Source: an uncultured bacterium
GTDB lineage: Bacteria > Verrucomicrobiota > Kiritimatiellia > CAIVKH01
DNA length: 64,000 bases
Direction: 5' to 3'
Assembly: GCA_937958885.1 (NCBI GenBank)
Contig: CALGMT010000047.1
Coordinates: forward strand, 24,931-88,930
Position numbers and translations under genes: made by a program. Shown one piece after another: positions 17,038-26,025 of the stretch. A model generated the notes under the pieces. It was not told the origin of the DNA. It saw only the letters and a program-made list of their open reading frames with translations, and did no database searches. The stretch's first letter is position 1, and the number at the start of each line of letters is the position of its first letter.

Positions 17038-17388
17038 ATGTCCAGACGCAAATTTACGCCCAACGCCGCGCTCTTGGCCGCCTGCGCAGTCGCGGCAGCG
17101 CTCCTCGTTGCCGGCTGTTTCCGGCAGGACCGCCGCACCATTGTCGTCGCGGTCCCTCAAATGGCTTCCCCCGCTTGCTACGCCATCATCCAGGACGCGA
17201 TGAAGAGTGTGGAGGGCATCGAAAGTTCCCGACCCGATTACGCGAATCGCACGCTCGAAGTCACCTTTAACGGACTGCGGCTCGGCATCAAAAATATCGA
17301 GTTCGTCATCGCCGGCGCCGGATTCAAAGCGAATGAAATCGATCCGCCGGAGGAGGTCCGCGCGCGCCTCCCCGAGGAGTGCCGGTGA
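17038..17388 (+). CDS. Lipoprotein with a heavy-metal-associated (HMA)-like fold lacking the CxxC pair
   Basis: Lipobox LLVAGC and a GGAG RBS. Ferredoxin-like HMA pattern, but the metal motif reads MASPAC instead of MxCxxC. Confidence 0.65.
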   Translation: MSRRKFTPNAALLAACAVAAALLVAGCFRQDRRTIVVAVPQMASPACYAIIQDAMKSVEGIESSRPDYANRTLEVTFNGLRLGIKNIEFVIAGAGFKANEIDPPEEVRARLPEECR

Positions 17389-17392
17389 CCCC

Positions 17393-18877
17393 ATGCGTGT
17401 GCGCGTCCTGAAGACCGCCGAAGCCGGACGCGGCCTGCGTCCGCTCGCCGTCCTCGTCCACGAAAACGACATCAACGACGTCGCGCTCCCCTCCGACCCG
17501 AGAAGCGCGCCGGGCGCAGCCGTGCGACGATGGATGCGCCGGACGAATTTCAACGGCGAACCGCTCTCGTTCGCGCACGTGCTCGACGGCGAACGAGACG
17601 TGCTGCTTATCGGCGCAGGACCGCGCGCGGCGCTGGACCCGGCGCGCGTGCGCCGAATCGGCGGACGGCTCGCCGTCGAATCGCGCCGCCTCGGCTTGCG
17701 CGCGCTCGATATCCGCCTCCCCGCGATCGCCGCGCCGCATGCGCGCGCGCTCACGACGGGGCTGGCGGAAGGCGCATACACACTGCGCTTGAACGCGCGC
17801 GCCGGGAGGGCGCCCGCCTTGACGGACGTCCGGCTCCTACTCGATCCGCCGTTCGCAGCATCGCCCCTCGCGCGCGAAGCGGATCGCGGCGCGATGATCG
17901 GCGCGGCGATTAATTCGATTCGAGATATCGCCAACCGGCCGGGAAATGAAGCGCCGCCGCGTGTCATCGCGCGAGAGGCCCGCGCGCTTGCGCGCCGGTG
18001 CGGACTCGGCTGCACGGTCTGGGATCGACGCCGGCTCGAGGCGGAACGGTGCCGCGCGCTGCTCGCCGTCGCTGCGGGCAGCCGGGAGGACCCCTGCCTG
18101 ATTCACCTGCGCTATCCCGGGCGGAACCGGCGCCTTCGCCCGCTCGTCGTGATCGGCAAAACCATCACATTCGACACCGGCGGCCTTTCGCTCAAACCGG
18201 GCAAGGGCATGGAATGGATGAAATTCGACAAGTCGGGCGGCATGGCAACGCTCGCGTTCATGGCCCTCGTCGGAACCGTCCTCAAGCCCAATCGCCCCGT
18301 GATCGGAATCCTCGCGGCTGCGGAGAATATGCCCGGCAGCGCCGCGACGCGGCCCGGCGATGTCGTGCAGTCCCGAAACGGGAAGACGATCGAGATCGTC
18401 AACACCGATGCGGAAGGACGCCTCGTCCTCGCCGACGCGCTCGATGTCGCGCTCGCCTATAAACCCGCCGGGCTGATCGATCTCGCCACGCTCACCGGCG
18501 CCGCGAACGTCGCGCTCGGGCGCCCCTATTCCGCGATCCTCGCGAACCACGCCCCGCTGCGCGAAAGCCTGCAGGCGGCGGGCGAAGCATCCGGCGACCG
18601 CGTGTGGCCGCTGCCGCTGCATCCGGATTACCGCGCCTTACTTAAATCGCCCTTCGCCGACCTCAAGAATATTGGCGACGGCAGCGCCGGCACCGTGATC
18701 GGCGGTTTGTTCCTCGAAACGTTCGTGCCGCCCGAAATGCCCTGGGCGCATATCGATCTGACCTCCGCGTGGGAAGAGCGCGCCACATCGCACGGCCCGG
18801 CCGGCGCGACCATCTTCGGCGCGGCGCTGCTCACGCAATGGGTGGACAGCGGCGGCTTGGAGGCGCTCGCGACATGA
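17393..18877 (+). CDS. pepA: Leucyl aminopeptidase (M17)
   Basis: M17 signature NTDAEGRLVLADAL, and GKTITFDTGGLSLKP. Start at ATG 17393, 5 nt after the upstream stop. Confidence 0.9.
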   Translation: MRVRVLKTAEAGRGLRPLAVLVHENDINDVALPSDPRSAPGAAVRRWMRRTNFNGEPLSFAHVLDGERDVLLIGAGPRAALDPARVRRIGGRLAVESRRLGLRALDIRLPAIAAPHARALTTGLAEGAYTLRLNARAGRAPALTDVRLLLDPPFAASPLAREADRGAMIGAAINSIRDIANRPGNEAPPRVIAREARALARRCGLGCTVWDRRRLEAERCRALLAVAAGSREDPCLIHLRYPGRNRRLRPLVVIGKTITFDTGGLSLKPGKGMEWMKFDKSGGMATLAFMALVGTVLKPNRPVIGILAAAENMPGSAATRPGDVVQSRNGKTIEIVNTDAEGRLVLADALDVALAYKPAGLIDLATLTGAANVALGRPYSAILANHAPLRESLQAAGEASGDRVWPLPLHPDYRALLKSPFADLKNIGDGSAGTVIGGLFLETFVPPEMPWAHIDLTSAWEERATSHGPAGATIFGAALLTQWVDSGGLEALAT

Positions 18878-19773
18878 GCGCGCCGCCGGTCCTCACCGCC
18901 ATCCGGCTGCCGGATATCCCGCACGTCCGCAGCGGCAAAGTGCGGGAGGTCTTTGACGCGGGCGAGCATTTGTTGTTTGTCGCGACCGATCGCATCTCGG
19001 CGTTCGACTGCATCCTACCGACGGGCATTCCCTACAAAGGGCACGTCCTCAATCAACTCTCCGCGTGGTGGTTCAAGCGTCTCGCGGACATCGTGCCGAA
19101 CCACTTTGTGAGCGCCGACGTGCGCGAGTTTCCGTCCCGTCTCCGCCGCTATGAAGACCAGCTGCGCGGGCGTTCGATGCTGGTTCACAAAGCGTCGGTC
19201 ATTCCCGTCGAGTGCGTCGCCCGCGGATACTTGATCGGCTCCGGATGGAAGGATTACCAGCGCGACGGGCGGGTCGCCGGCATCGCGCTGCGGCCCGGTT
19301 ATCGCCTCGCCGATCGGCTCGATGCGCCGCTCTTTTCGCCCGCGCACAAAGCCGATAGCGGACATGATGAAAATATTACCTTCGACGATGTCGTCGCGCG
19401 AGTAGGCCCCGCGCGCGCGGAGGCCCTGCGCGATCTAACCCTGGCTCTTTACGCGCGCGCCGCGGAACACGCCGCGGCGCGGGGTCTGATCCTCGCCGAT
19501 ACAAAGTTCGAGTTCGGCGTTCGCGGCGAGGCCCTCCTCCTCGTGGACGAGGTCCTGACACCCGACAGTTCGCGCTACTGGCCCTCCGACGCCTATGCGC
19601 CGGGGCGATCCCCGCCGTCGTATGACAAGCAGTTTGTTCGCGATTATCTCGAATCGATCGCGTGGAACAAACTGCCCCCCGCCCCCGCGCTGCCCGACGA
19701 TGTGGCCCGGCGCACCTCTGATAAATACATGGAGGCTTTCGAGCGGCTCACCGGGGAACCGCTCGCGGTCTAG
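18874..19773 (+). CDS. purC: Phosphoribosylaminoimidazole-succinocarboxamide (SAICAR) synthase
   Basis: Motifs GKVREVF, LFVATDRISAFD and LADTKFEFG. ATGA overlap with pepA. Confidence 0.9.
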   Translation: MSAPPVLTAIRLPDIPHVRSGKVREVFDAGEHLLFVATDRISAFDCILPTGIPYKGHVLNQLSAWWFKRLADIVPNHFVSADVREFPSRLRRYEDQLRGRSMLVHKASVIPVECVARGYLIGSGWKDYQRDGRVAGIALRPGYRLADRLDAPLFSPAHKADSGHDENITFDDVVARVGPARAEALRDLTLALYARAAEHAAARGLILADTKFEFGVRGEALLLVDEVLTPDSSRYWPSDAYAPGRSPPSYDKQFVRDYLESIAWNKLPPAPALPDDVARRTSDKYMEAFERLTGEPLAV

Positions 19774-19775
19774 CC

Positions 19776-20663
19776 ATGCAGGTCCTCGTGGACCAATTTC
19801 TTGATTTTCTTACCCTCGAACGAGGGTTGAGCCCCCGCACGCACGAGGCATACGCCACCGATTTGCGCCGCTTCACCGGCTTCCTCCAGCGCGGCGGCGT
19901 CGCGGCGCTAAACAAGGTCACGCGCCGCCACATTTTAGATTATCTCATGTGGGAAAAAGAGCAGGGGCTTGCGGCGGCCTCGCTTTCGCGCCGCCTCGTC
20001 GCCGTGCGCGTGTTCATGCGCTATCTCCACCAGGAGGGCCTGCTGGCCGAGAACGTGGCGGAAACGATGGATTCTCCGAAACTATGGAAGCTCCTTCCCG
20101 AGACCCTATCGCCCGCCGAGGTGGACCGTCTGCTCGAGGCGCCCGATATAAGCAAACCGCTCGGGCTGCGCGATCGCGCGCTTCTGGAGACGCTCTATGG
20201 AACCGGGCTGCGCGTCTCTGAGGTCGCGGGCCTAAGTGTCGGCGATCTCCAATTCGATTCCGGCTATCTGCGCTGTCTTGGAAAAGGCCGCAAGGAGCGC
20301 GTGGTGCCGCTCGGCGGCGCGGCGGCCGCTTATCTTCGGCGTTACCTTGCCGAAGCGCGTCCGCGCTGGGATAGGAACGGCACGAATCCCCGGGTATTCC
20401 TCTCGAATCGCGGAAGCGCCTTGAGCCGGAAGACGATCTGGCAACTGATCCGCCGCCATGCCCGCGCGGCGGGCCTGGGCAAATCGATCTCGCCGCACAC
20501 CTTGCGCCATTCGTTCGCGAGCCACCTGCTCGCCAACCAGGCGCCGCTCCGCGTGATTCAGGAAATGCTCGGCCATGCGGATATTGCCACCACGCAGATT
20601 TACACGCACGTGGACGGACGCCGTCTGCAGCAGGTTCACCGCCAATTTCATCCCCGCGCATGA
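19776..20663 (+). CDS. xerD: Tyrosine recombinase XerD-like
   Basis: N-terminal FLDFLTLERGLSPRTHEAYATDLRRF. Catalytic residues within RVSE, HTLRHSFASHLL and LGHADIATTQIYTHV. Confidence 0.8.
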   Translation: MQVLVDQFLDFLTLERGLSPRTHEAYATDLRRFTGFLQRGGVAALNKVTRRHILDYLMWEKEQGLAAASLSRRLVAVRVFMRYLHQEGLLAENVAETMDSPKLWKLLPETLSPAEVDRLLEAPDISKPLGLRDRALLETLYGTGLRVSEVAGLSVGDLQFDSGYLRCLGKGRKERVVPLGGAAAAYLRRYLAEARPRWDRNGTNPRVFLSNRGSALSRKTIWQLIRRHARAAGLGKSISPHTLRHSFASHLLANQAPLRVIQEMLGHADIATTQIYTHVDGRRLQQVHRQFHPRA

Positions 20664-21364
20664 TTCTTCGACGCAACCCCTATAAGAAACTCGAGCACGC
20701 GCTCGGCTATCGCTTTCGAAAGCGGCGCCTGCTCGAACAGGCCATCACGCACCCCTCGTTCGCGCACGAGCAAACGGACGCCACACCCGACAATCAGCGC
20801 CTCGAATTCCTCGGCGACGCCGCGCTGGGCCTCGTCGCCGCGGCGCTCTTATATCGCAACCAGCCGGACGCACCGGAGGGCATGCTGACCAAGATGCGGA
20901 GCCTGCTGAGCTCCACCAAGGCGCTGGCGGATATCGCGCGCGACGCGGAACTCGGCGACCATCTGCGGCTCGGTCGCGGCGAAGACCGCGGCGGCGGGCG
21001 CATCCGTCCAACCATCCTGGCGGATGCGTTGGAAGCGGTCATCGGCGCGGCCTTCCTCGACGGCGGGTTGCGCGCCGTGGAACGCATCTTCCATACACTC
21101 TTCGAGCCGCGCATGACCGATATCGCGGGATCGCCGTGGCACGATAATCCCAAGGGCGAGTTGCAGGAGTGGTCGCAGCGGCGCGGTTCCGGCGCGCCGC
21201 ACTATCGACTGATCCGCGAGGAAGGCCCCCCTCACCAACGCACGTTCACCGTATCGGTCGCTGTCGGCGGCGACGTCCTTGCGGAAGGATCGGGCGCGAC
21301 CAAACGCGAAGCGGAGACCCAGGCGGCCCTGAATGCGCTGATCCATCTCCGCGTCTCTTCCTAA
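20660..21364 (+). CDS. rnc: Ribonuclease III
   Basis: RNase III signature NQRLEFLGDA, DALEAVIGA, and a C-terminal dsRBD (GPPHQRTFTV...GSGATKREAETQAA). Confidence 0.92.
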   Translation: MILRRNPYKKLEHALGYRFRKRRLLEQAITHPSFAHEQTDATPDNQRLEFLGDAALGLVAAALLYRNQPDAPEGMLTKMRSLLSSTKALADIARDAELGDHLRLGRGEDRGGGRIRPTILADALEAVIGAAFLDGGLRAVERIFHTLFEPRMTDIAGSPWHDNPKGELQEWSQRRGSGAPHYRLIREEGPPHQRTFTVSVAVGGDVLAEGSGATKREAETQAALNALIHLRVSS

Positions 21365-21430
21365 CGTGCATTCGCGCCCCTTCGTCCGCTTCTAAATAAA
21401 ACGCGGGCGCAACGAGTCGAATTATTATAT

Positions 21431-21458
21431 TTGCATTAGCAATAAAGCGGGCTAATCT
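21431..21458 (+). promoter_or_regulatory. Sigma70-like promoter candidate (TTGCAT-N16-TAATCT)
   Basis: Located in an AT-rich spacer 30 nt upstream of the AAAGGGAG RBS of the 21489 gene. Confidence 0.35.
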
Positions 21459-21488
21459 ATTCTCTCCAACTAACCAAAGGGAGTATCC

Positions 21489-21953
21489 ATGCCTCGTCGG
21501 AAGATCACATTAACCATCAACGAACTCATCGCCGAACTGCACCGCCGCCAACAGCAGCTGCCCCGTTTGCAGAAGCTCGCGGCCGACCTCGAAAAGAAGC
21601 TCGCCGGCATTCGCGCTGAAATCGCCGCGCTCGGCGGCGATGTGTCCGCGCCCGCAACTGCTGCCAAGCCCGGAATCAAGACGGGCCGCAAACCCGGCGC
21701 CAAGGCGCCCGCGGCTCCTGCCGCGAAGAAGCCCGCGAGTCGCCCGCGCAACAAGATGAGTTTGGCGGAGGTGCTGGTGTCCGTGCTCGATAAGAGCCAT
21801 CCCAAGACGGTCAAGACGATCATGGCCGATGTGAAAGCCGCCGGCTACAAGACCACCTCCGAAAACTTCGACACGATCATCTACCAGACGCTCTCCCGCG
21901 AGAAAAAGCGCGTTGAGAAGGTCGGACGCGGCCTCTACAAGCTCAAATCCTGA
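21489..21953 (+). CDS. Small basic protein: coiled coil, Lys/Ala/Pro-rich histone-H1-like linker, C-terminal HARE-HTH-like winged helix
   Basis: AAKPGIKTGRKPGAKAPAAPAAKKPASRPRNK low-complexity basic tract. C-terminus SLAEVLVSVLDKSHPKTVKTIMADVKAAGY...VEKVGRGLYKLK. Good RBS. Confidence 0.7.
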   Translation: MPRRKITLTINELIAELHRRQQQLPRLQKLAADLEKKLAGIRAEIAALGGDVSAPATAAKPGIKTGRKPGAKAPAAPAAKKPASRPRNKMSLAEVLVSVLDKSHPKTVKTIMADVKAAGYKTTSENFDTIIYQTLSREKKRVEKVGRGLYKLKS

Positions 21954-22010
21954 GTCGGGCGCGCTTGACTTCAAGGCGAAGTCGAATACTCTCGACTCCG
22001 CGTTTCGAAT

Positions 22011-22085
22011 TCCGGTGTAGCTCAATGGTAGAGCAGGGCGCTGTTAACGCCAAGGTTGTAGGTTCGAGCCCTACCGCCGGAGCCA
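22011..22085 (+). tRNA. tRNA-Asn (anticodon GTT), CCA encoded
   Basis: Cloverleaf built by hand: acceptor TCCGGTG/CGCCGGA (one G-U pair), D arm GCTC-AATGGTA-GAGC, anticodon loop CTGTTAA, T arm GTAGG-TTCGAGC-CCTAC, discriminator G, then CCA. Confidence 0.9.
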
Positions 22086-22094
22086 TATCATCCC

Positions 22095-23690
22095 GTGTCT
22101 CCTGACCTATCCACGCGCTATTCGTTCGATTATCTGGTCATCGGAAGCGGTCTCGCCGGTTTATATGCAGCGGCGGCAGCCGCGGAACACGGACGGGTCG
22201 CGCTGCTGACCAAGTCCGCGGCGCGGCAGAGCAGTTCGTGGTGGGCGCAGGGCGGTATCGCCGCTGCGATCGATCCGGAAGATTCCGCGTTTCTCCACTT
22301 CGACGACACCATCGCGGCAGGCCGCGGATTGTGCCGCCGCGCGGCGGTCGAAATTCTCGTCGGCGAGGGCGTCGAGCGGGTACGCGAATTGATCCGATGG
22401 GGCATGAAGTTCGACGAGGGCCACATGGGGCTGGCCCTCGGTCTCGAGGGCGGCCACAGCAAACGCCGCATCCTGCACGCATCAGGCAACGCGACCGGCC
22501 AGGCGGTCACGCAATTTCTCCTGGCGCGGGTGCTCGCGCATCCGCGCATTACCCTCTTCGAACATACGACGGTCGCCGAACTGGTTGTCGTGGACAACCA
22601 GTGTGTCGGGTGCATGGCGTTTTATGAGGACCGCTTCGAACCGTGGTTTTTCAGCGCGCGCGCGACCATCCTCGCGACCGGCGGCGCGGCAGGCAATTTC
22701 GAACGCACGACCAATCCGCCCACCTCCTCGGGGGACGGCATCGCCCTCGCCTACCGCGCGGGCGCCGAGGTCTGCGACATGGAGTTCGTCCAGTTCCATC
22801 CCACCGCGCTTTTCACGCCCAGCGGCGCGACCTTTTTGATCAGCGAAGCGCTGCGTGGCGAGGGCGGGCAGTTGTTCAACGCGGCGGGCGAGCGTTTCAT
22901 GACGCGCTATGACGAGCGGGCCGAGCTCGCGCCGCGAGATGTTGTCGCTGCCGCCATTTTCCGGGAAATGCATCGCGAAGGTAAGCCCTTCGTCCTGCTC
23001 TCGATGAAGCACCTCGACCCGAATGCCGTGCGCACGCGCTTTTCAAATGTATATGAGGCGTGCCTGGCGCACGGCATCGACATCACCACCGATCCGATTC
23101 CCGTCGCGCCGGCGGCGCATTACACGATCGGCGGCATCGTCACCGGGCGGATGGCGGGCACCAGTCTCTGGGGCCTGTTCGCCTGCGGCGAGTGCGCCTG
23201 CACCGGCGTGCACGGGGCAAATCGACTGGCCAGCAATTCGCTGCTGGAATGCCTCGTGTTCGCGCGCCGGGCGGTCGAAGGCGCGCGTACGGTCGAGCCG
23301 CTTCCCTCCGCCGCCCCGCTGATCGGCGGCGATCTGCCGGTGCGCGATCCGACGCCGGTCGATCCGGCCCTGTTGGCCCGGTTGCGCGCGGAGGTATCGC
23401 ACATGATGACGGAACATGCGGGCATTGTCCGGAACGGCGTCGCGCTCAAGCGCGCGCTCGACGCCCTGTACGACCTGCGCGACCGCCACGGTCCCTTGTT
23501 GAGCCGGTGGGCGGGCCGTCCGCTGCGCACCATGATGCGCGCCTGCACCCTGACCGTTCGCGGCGCGCTCTTGCGCGAGGAATCCCGCGGCGCGCACCAG
23601 CGCGAGGATTTCCCGGAGGAGAATCCCGCGTTCGAAGGACACATCACACAAAAGCGCGGCACGCGGCCGCGCCTCGCCACGTGGACATGA
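22095..23690 (+). CDS. nadB: L-aspartate oxidase
   Basis: FAD motif DYLVIGSGLAGL; also HYTIGG and GANRLASNSLLE. GTG start lies 9 nt after the tRNA 3' end. Confidence 0.9.
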   Translation: MSPDLSTRYSFDYLVIGSGLAGLYAAAAAAEHGRVALLTKSAARQSSSWWAQGGIAAAIDPEDSAFLHFDDTIAAGRGLCRRAAVEILVGEGVERVRELIRWGMKFDEGHMGLALGLEGGHSKRRILHASGNATGQAVTQFLLARVLAHPRITLFEHTTVAELVVVDNQCVGCMAFYEDRFEPWFFSARATILATGGAAGNFERTTNPPTSSGDGIALAYRAGAEVCDMEFVQFHPTALFTPSGATFLISEALRGEGGQLFNAAGERFMTRYDERAELAPRDVVAAAIFREMHREGKPFVLLSMKHLDPNAVRTRFSNVYEACLAHGIDITTDPIPVAPAAHYTIGGIVTGRMAGTSLWGLFACGECACTGVHGANRLASNSLLECLVFARRAVEGARTVEPLPSAAPLIGGDLPVRDPTPVDPALLARLRAEVSHMMTEHAGIVRNGVALKRALDALYDLRDRHGPLLSRWAGRPLRTMMRACTLTVRGALLREESRGAHQREDFPEENPAFEGHITQKRGTRPRLATWT

Positions 23691-24535
23691 GGTCAGACAT
23701 GGAACTCAACTGGTCGGAGGTGGAGCGTATCATCGATGCCGCCCTTCGCGAAGACGCGCCGGGGGGGGACATCACCACCAACTATCTTTTTTCGATCGAG
23801 GAAGAAGCGACCGCCGTGTTCCGAGCGAAGACGTCCGGCACGATCGCCGGCCTCGACGTGGCCGAGCGGGTGTTCCGCAAGCTCGATCCCCTCGCCCGCT
23901 TTTCGTCGCTGGTGAAAGACGGCGAACGCGTCGCGGCGCATGCGTCGATCGCCGAGGTCCGCTGCAGGACGCGCGCGCTGCTCACCGGCGAGCGGATCGC
24001 GCTAAACCTCATGCAGCGCATGTCCGGCATCGCCACGCTGACCGCGCAGTATGTCGAGGCCGTCGCCGGCCTTCCCGTTATCATCCTCGACACCCGCAAA
24101 ACCGCGCCCGGCCTGCGCGTGTTGGACAAATATGCCGTTCGCATGGGCGGCGCGTCGAATCATCGCCTTTCGCTGAGCGATCTGGCGCTGATCAAGGACA
24201 ACCACATCCGCCTTGCCGGCGGCGTCTGGGCCGCGGTTCGCCGGCTCCGCGCGCAGGCCCCGGCCGGCACGCGGATCGAGGTGGAGTGCGCCACGCTCGA
24301 CCAGGTTCGCGAAGCGCTCGACGCGGGCGCGGACATCGTGATGCTCGACAATATGATGCCGAGCATGATGCGCGAGGCCGTCCGCATCGTCGGCAAGCGA
24401 GCGCAGGTGGAGGCCTCCGGGAACATCGCCCTGGATACCGTGCGCGCCGTCGCGGAGACGGGCGTCGATTTTATCTCGATCGGACGCCTCACCCACTCCG
24501 CCCCCGCGCTCGACATTTCCATGAAAGTGGCGTGA
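23687..24535 (+). CDS. nadC: Nicotinate-nucleotide (quinolinate) pyrophosphorylase
   Basis: Motifs LDTRKTAPGLR, GGASNHR and IMLDNM. ATGA overlap with nadB; alternative ATG at 23699. Confidence 0.9.
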   Translation: MRSDMELNWSEVERIIDAALREDAPGGDITTNYLFSIEEEATAVFRAKTSGTIAGLDVAERVFRKLDPLARFSSLVKDGERVAAHASIAEVRCRTRALLTGERIALNLMQRMSGIATLTAQYVEAVAGLPVIILDTRKTAPGLRVLDKYAVRMGGASNHRLSLSDLALIKDNHIRLAGGVWAAVRRLRAQAPAGTRIEVECATLDQVREALDAGADIVMLDNMMPSMMREAVRIVGKRAQVEASGNIALDTVRAVAETGVDFISIGRLTHSAPALDISMKVA

Positions 24536-24562
24536 ACACCGCGCATCGCGTAGAATACCTCT

Positions 24563-25525
24563 ATGAGGGCGATTCAAGAGCCTCCCGAAGTGATTGAGGA
24601 GATTGCGCGCCTGAAGAAGGAGCGGCGCGCGGTCATTCTCGCGCACAGCTACGAGCGCCCGGAAATTCAGGACATCGCGGATTTTGTCGGGGACTCGCTC
24701 GGGCTATCCCGCCAAGCCGCGGCGACCGAGGCGGAGGTGATCGTCTTCTGCGGCGTGCACTTTATGGCCGAAACCGCGTCGATCCTGAGTCCGAACAAAA
24801 AGGTGTTGCTCCCCGACCTCGACGCTGGCTGCTCGCTCGCCGCAACCATCACCGCGGAGGAATTGCGCGCGTGGAAAGCCCAGCACCCCGGCGCCGTTGT
24901 CGTCAGCTACGTGAATACGTCCGCTGAAGTAAAGGCGGAGACCGACTATTGCTGCACCTCGTCGAATGCCGTGCAGGTTGTCAATGCGATTCCAGCGGAC
25001 CGGGAGATTCTGTTCTGCCCCGATATGTTTCTCGGCCAGCACGTAAAACGCATGACGGGCCGAACGAACATGCGCATCTGGGCCGGCGAATGCCACGTGC
25101 ACGCGGGCATTCGTCCGGAGCACATTCAACAGCAGCGCGACGCCCATCCCGGCGCCGAATTTCTGATGCACCCGGAGTGCGGATGCGTGTCGTCGCTTCT
25201 CTATCTCCAGGGCCTGGGCCAGACCTGCGCGATGGACGGCGCGAAGATTCTCTCCACGGAGGGCATGGTGCGGCACGCGCAGCAATCGCCGGCGCGGGAG
25301 TTTGTCGTCGCGACCGAGACGGGTATCTTACACCGCTTGCGGAAGCTAAATCCCGGGAAATCCTTTCACCCGGTCAGCGAGCGCGCGGTCTGCAAATTCA
25401 TGAAGTTGATCACGCTGGAAAAAGTCCTGCGCTCGCTGCGCGAGGACGTGTTTGAAATCCGCGTTCCCCCCGCGATCGCCGAGCGCGCCCGCCTCGCCAT
25501 TCAGCGGATGGTCGACATCGGCTGA
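24563..25525 (+). CDS. nadA: Quinolinate synthase
   Basis: Motifs [28 protein letters not shown] and CPDMF..., with conserved Fe-S cysteines. Confidence 0.9.
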   Translation: MRAIQEPPEVIEEIARLKKERRAVILAHSYERPEIQDIADFVGDSLGLSRQAAATEAEVIVFCGVHFMAETASILSPNKKVLLPDLDAGCSLAATITAEELRAWKAQHPGAVVVSYVNTSAEVKAETDYCCTSSNAVQVVNAIPADREILFCPDMFLGQHVKRMTGRTNMRIWAGECHVHAGIRPEHIQQQRDAHPGAEFLMHPECGCVSSLLYLQGLGQTCAMDGAKILSTEGMVRHAQQSPAREFVVATETGILHRLRKLNPGKSFHPVSERAVCKFMKLITLEKVLRSLREDVFEIRVPPAIAERARLAIQRMVDIG

Positions 25526-26025
25526 GATCCCCTGCGAATCTCGCAAAGGGTCATCCGCCCGCGCGTGCGTTCGAATAGATCGATGATGTCGCGGTTCGAC
25601 ATGCGGATGCAGCCGTGCGAGGCGGGTCGACCCAGCGCCTGCTCATGGTTCGTGCCGTGGATGTAAATGAACCGCGCGTAGCTGTCGCAGCCGGTTCCCC
25701 TGTTGACACCCGGTTCCAGCCCGCGCAGGCGGAGGATGCGCGAGAGGATTAGATCGCGCCCGTCCTGCCCCTGCCACTGCGAGCGAGGCACAATTTCGCC
25801 GGTGAACCGCCGCGAGACGAATACGGCGCCCGCCGGCCGGCCTGCGCCGATCCAGCGCACCACGCGGTGCAGGCCCAGCGGCGTGCGATGAGACCCTACA
25901 CGGTTGCCGACCCCGCGCCGACTGGTGGACACGCGATAGCGGCGGACACGCTGCTCGCCGATCCACAATTCGAGGCGCTGCCGAGCCACATCCACCACCA
26001 ACCGCGCCGGCGCGTGGCGTTTCAT
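25501..26025 (-). CDS. L,D-transpeptidase (YkuD domain)
   Basis: Catalytic motif [21 protein letters not shown]. Start at ATG 26025, overlapping the upstream stop (ATGA). The 3' end overlaps convergent nadA by 25 nt. Confidence 0.8.
   Translation of the reverse strand: MKRHAPARLVVDVARQRLELWIGEQRVRRYRVSTSRRGVGNRVGSHRTPLGLHRVVRWIGAGRPAGAVFVSRRFTGEIVPRSQWQGQDGRDLILSRILRLRGLEPGVNRGTGCDSYARFIYIHGTNHEQALGRPASHGCIRMSNRDIIDLFERTRGRMTLCEIRRGSQPMSTIR

Noticed and set aside
19776-22085. A tyrosine recombinase about 1.3 kb from tRNA-Asn, considered as a possible integrase/att site of a genomic island. The second recombinase at 51390-52355 was considered likewise.
   Set aside because: Both proteins have XerD/XerC-type N-termini and sit in housekeeping operons (purC-xerD-rnc; dprA-topA-xerC, a synteny known from other bacteria). 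I saw no duplicated copy of the tRNA 3' end in the window and no phage or cargo genes.
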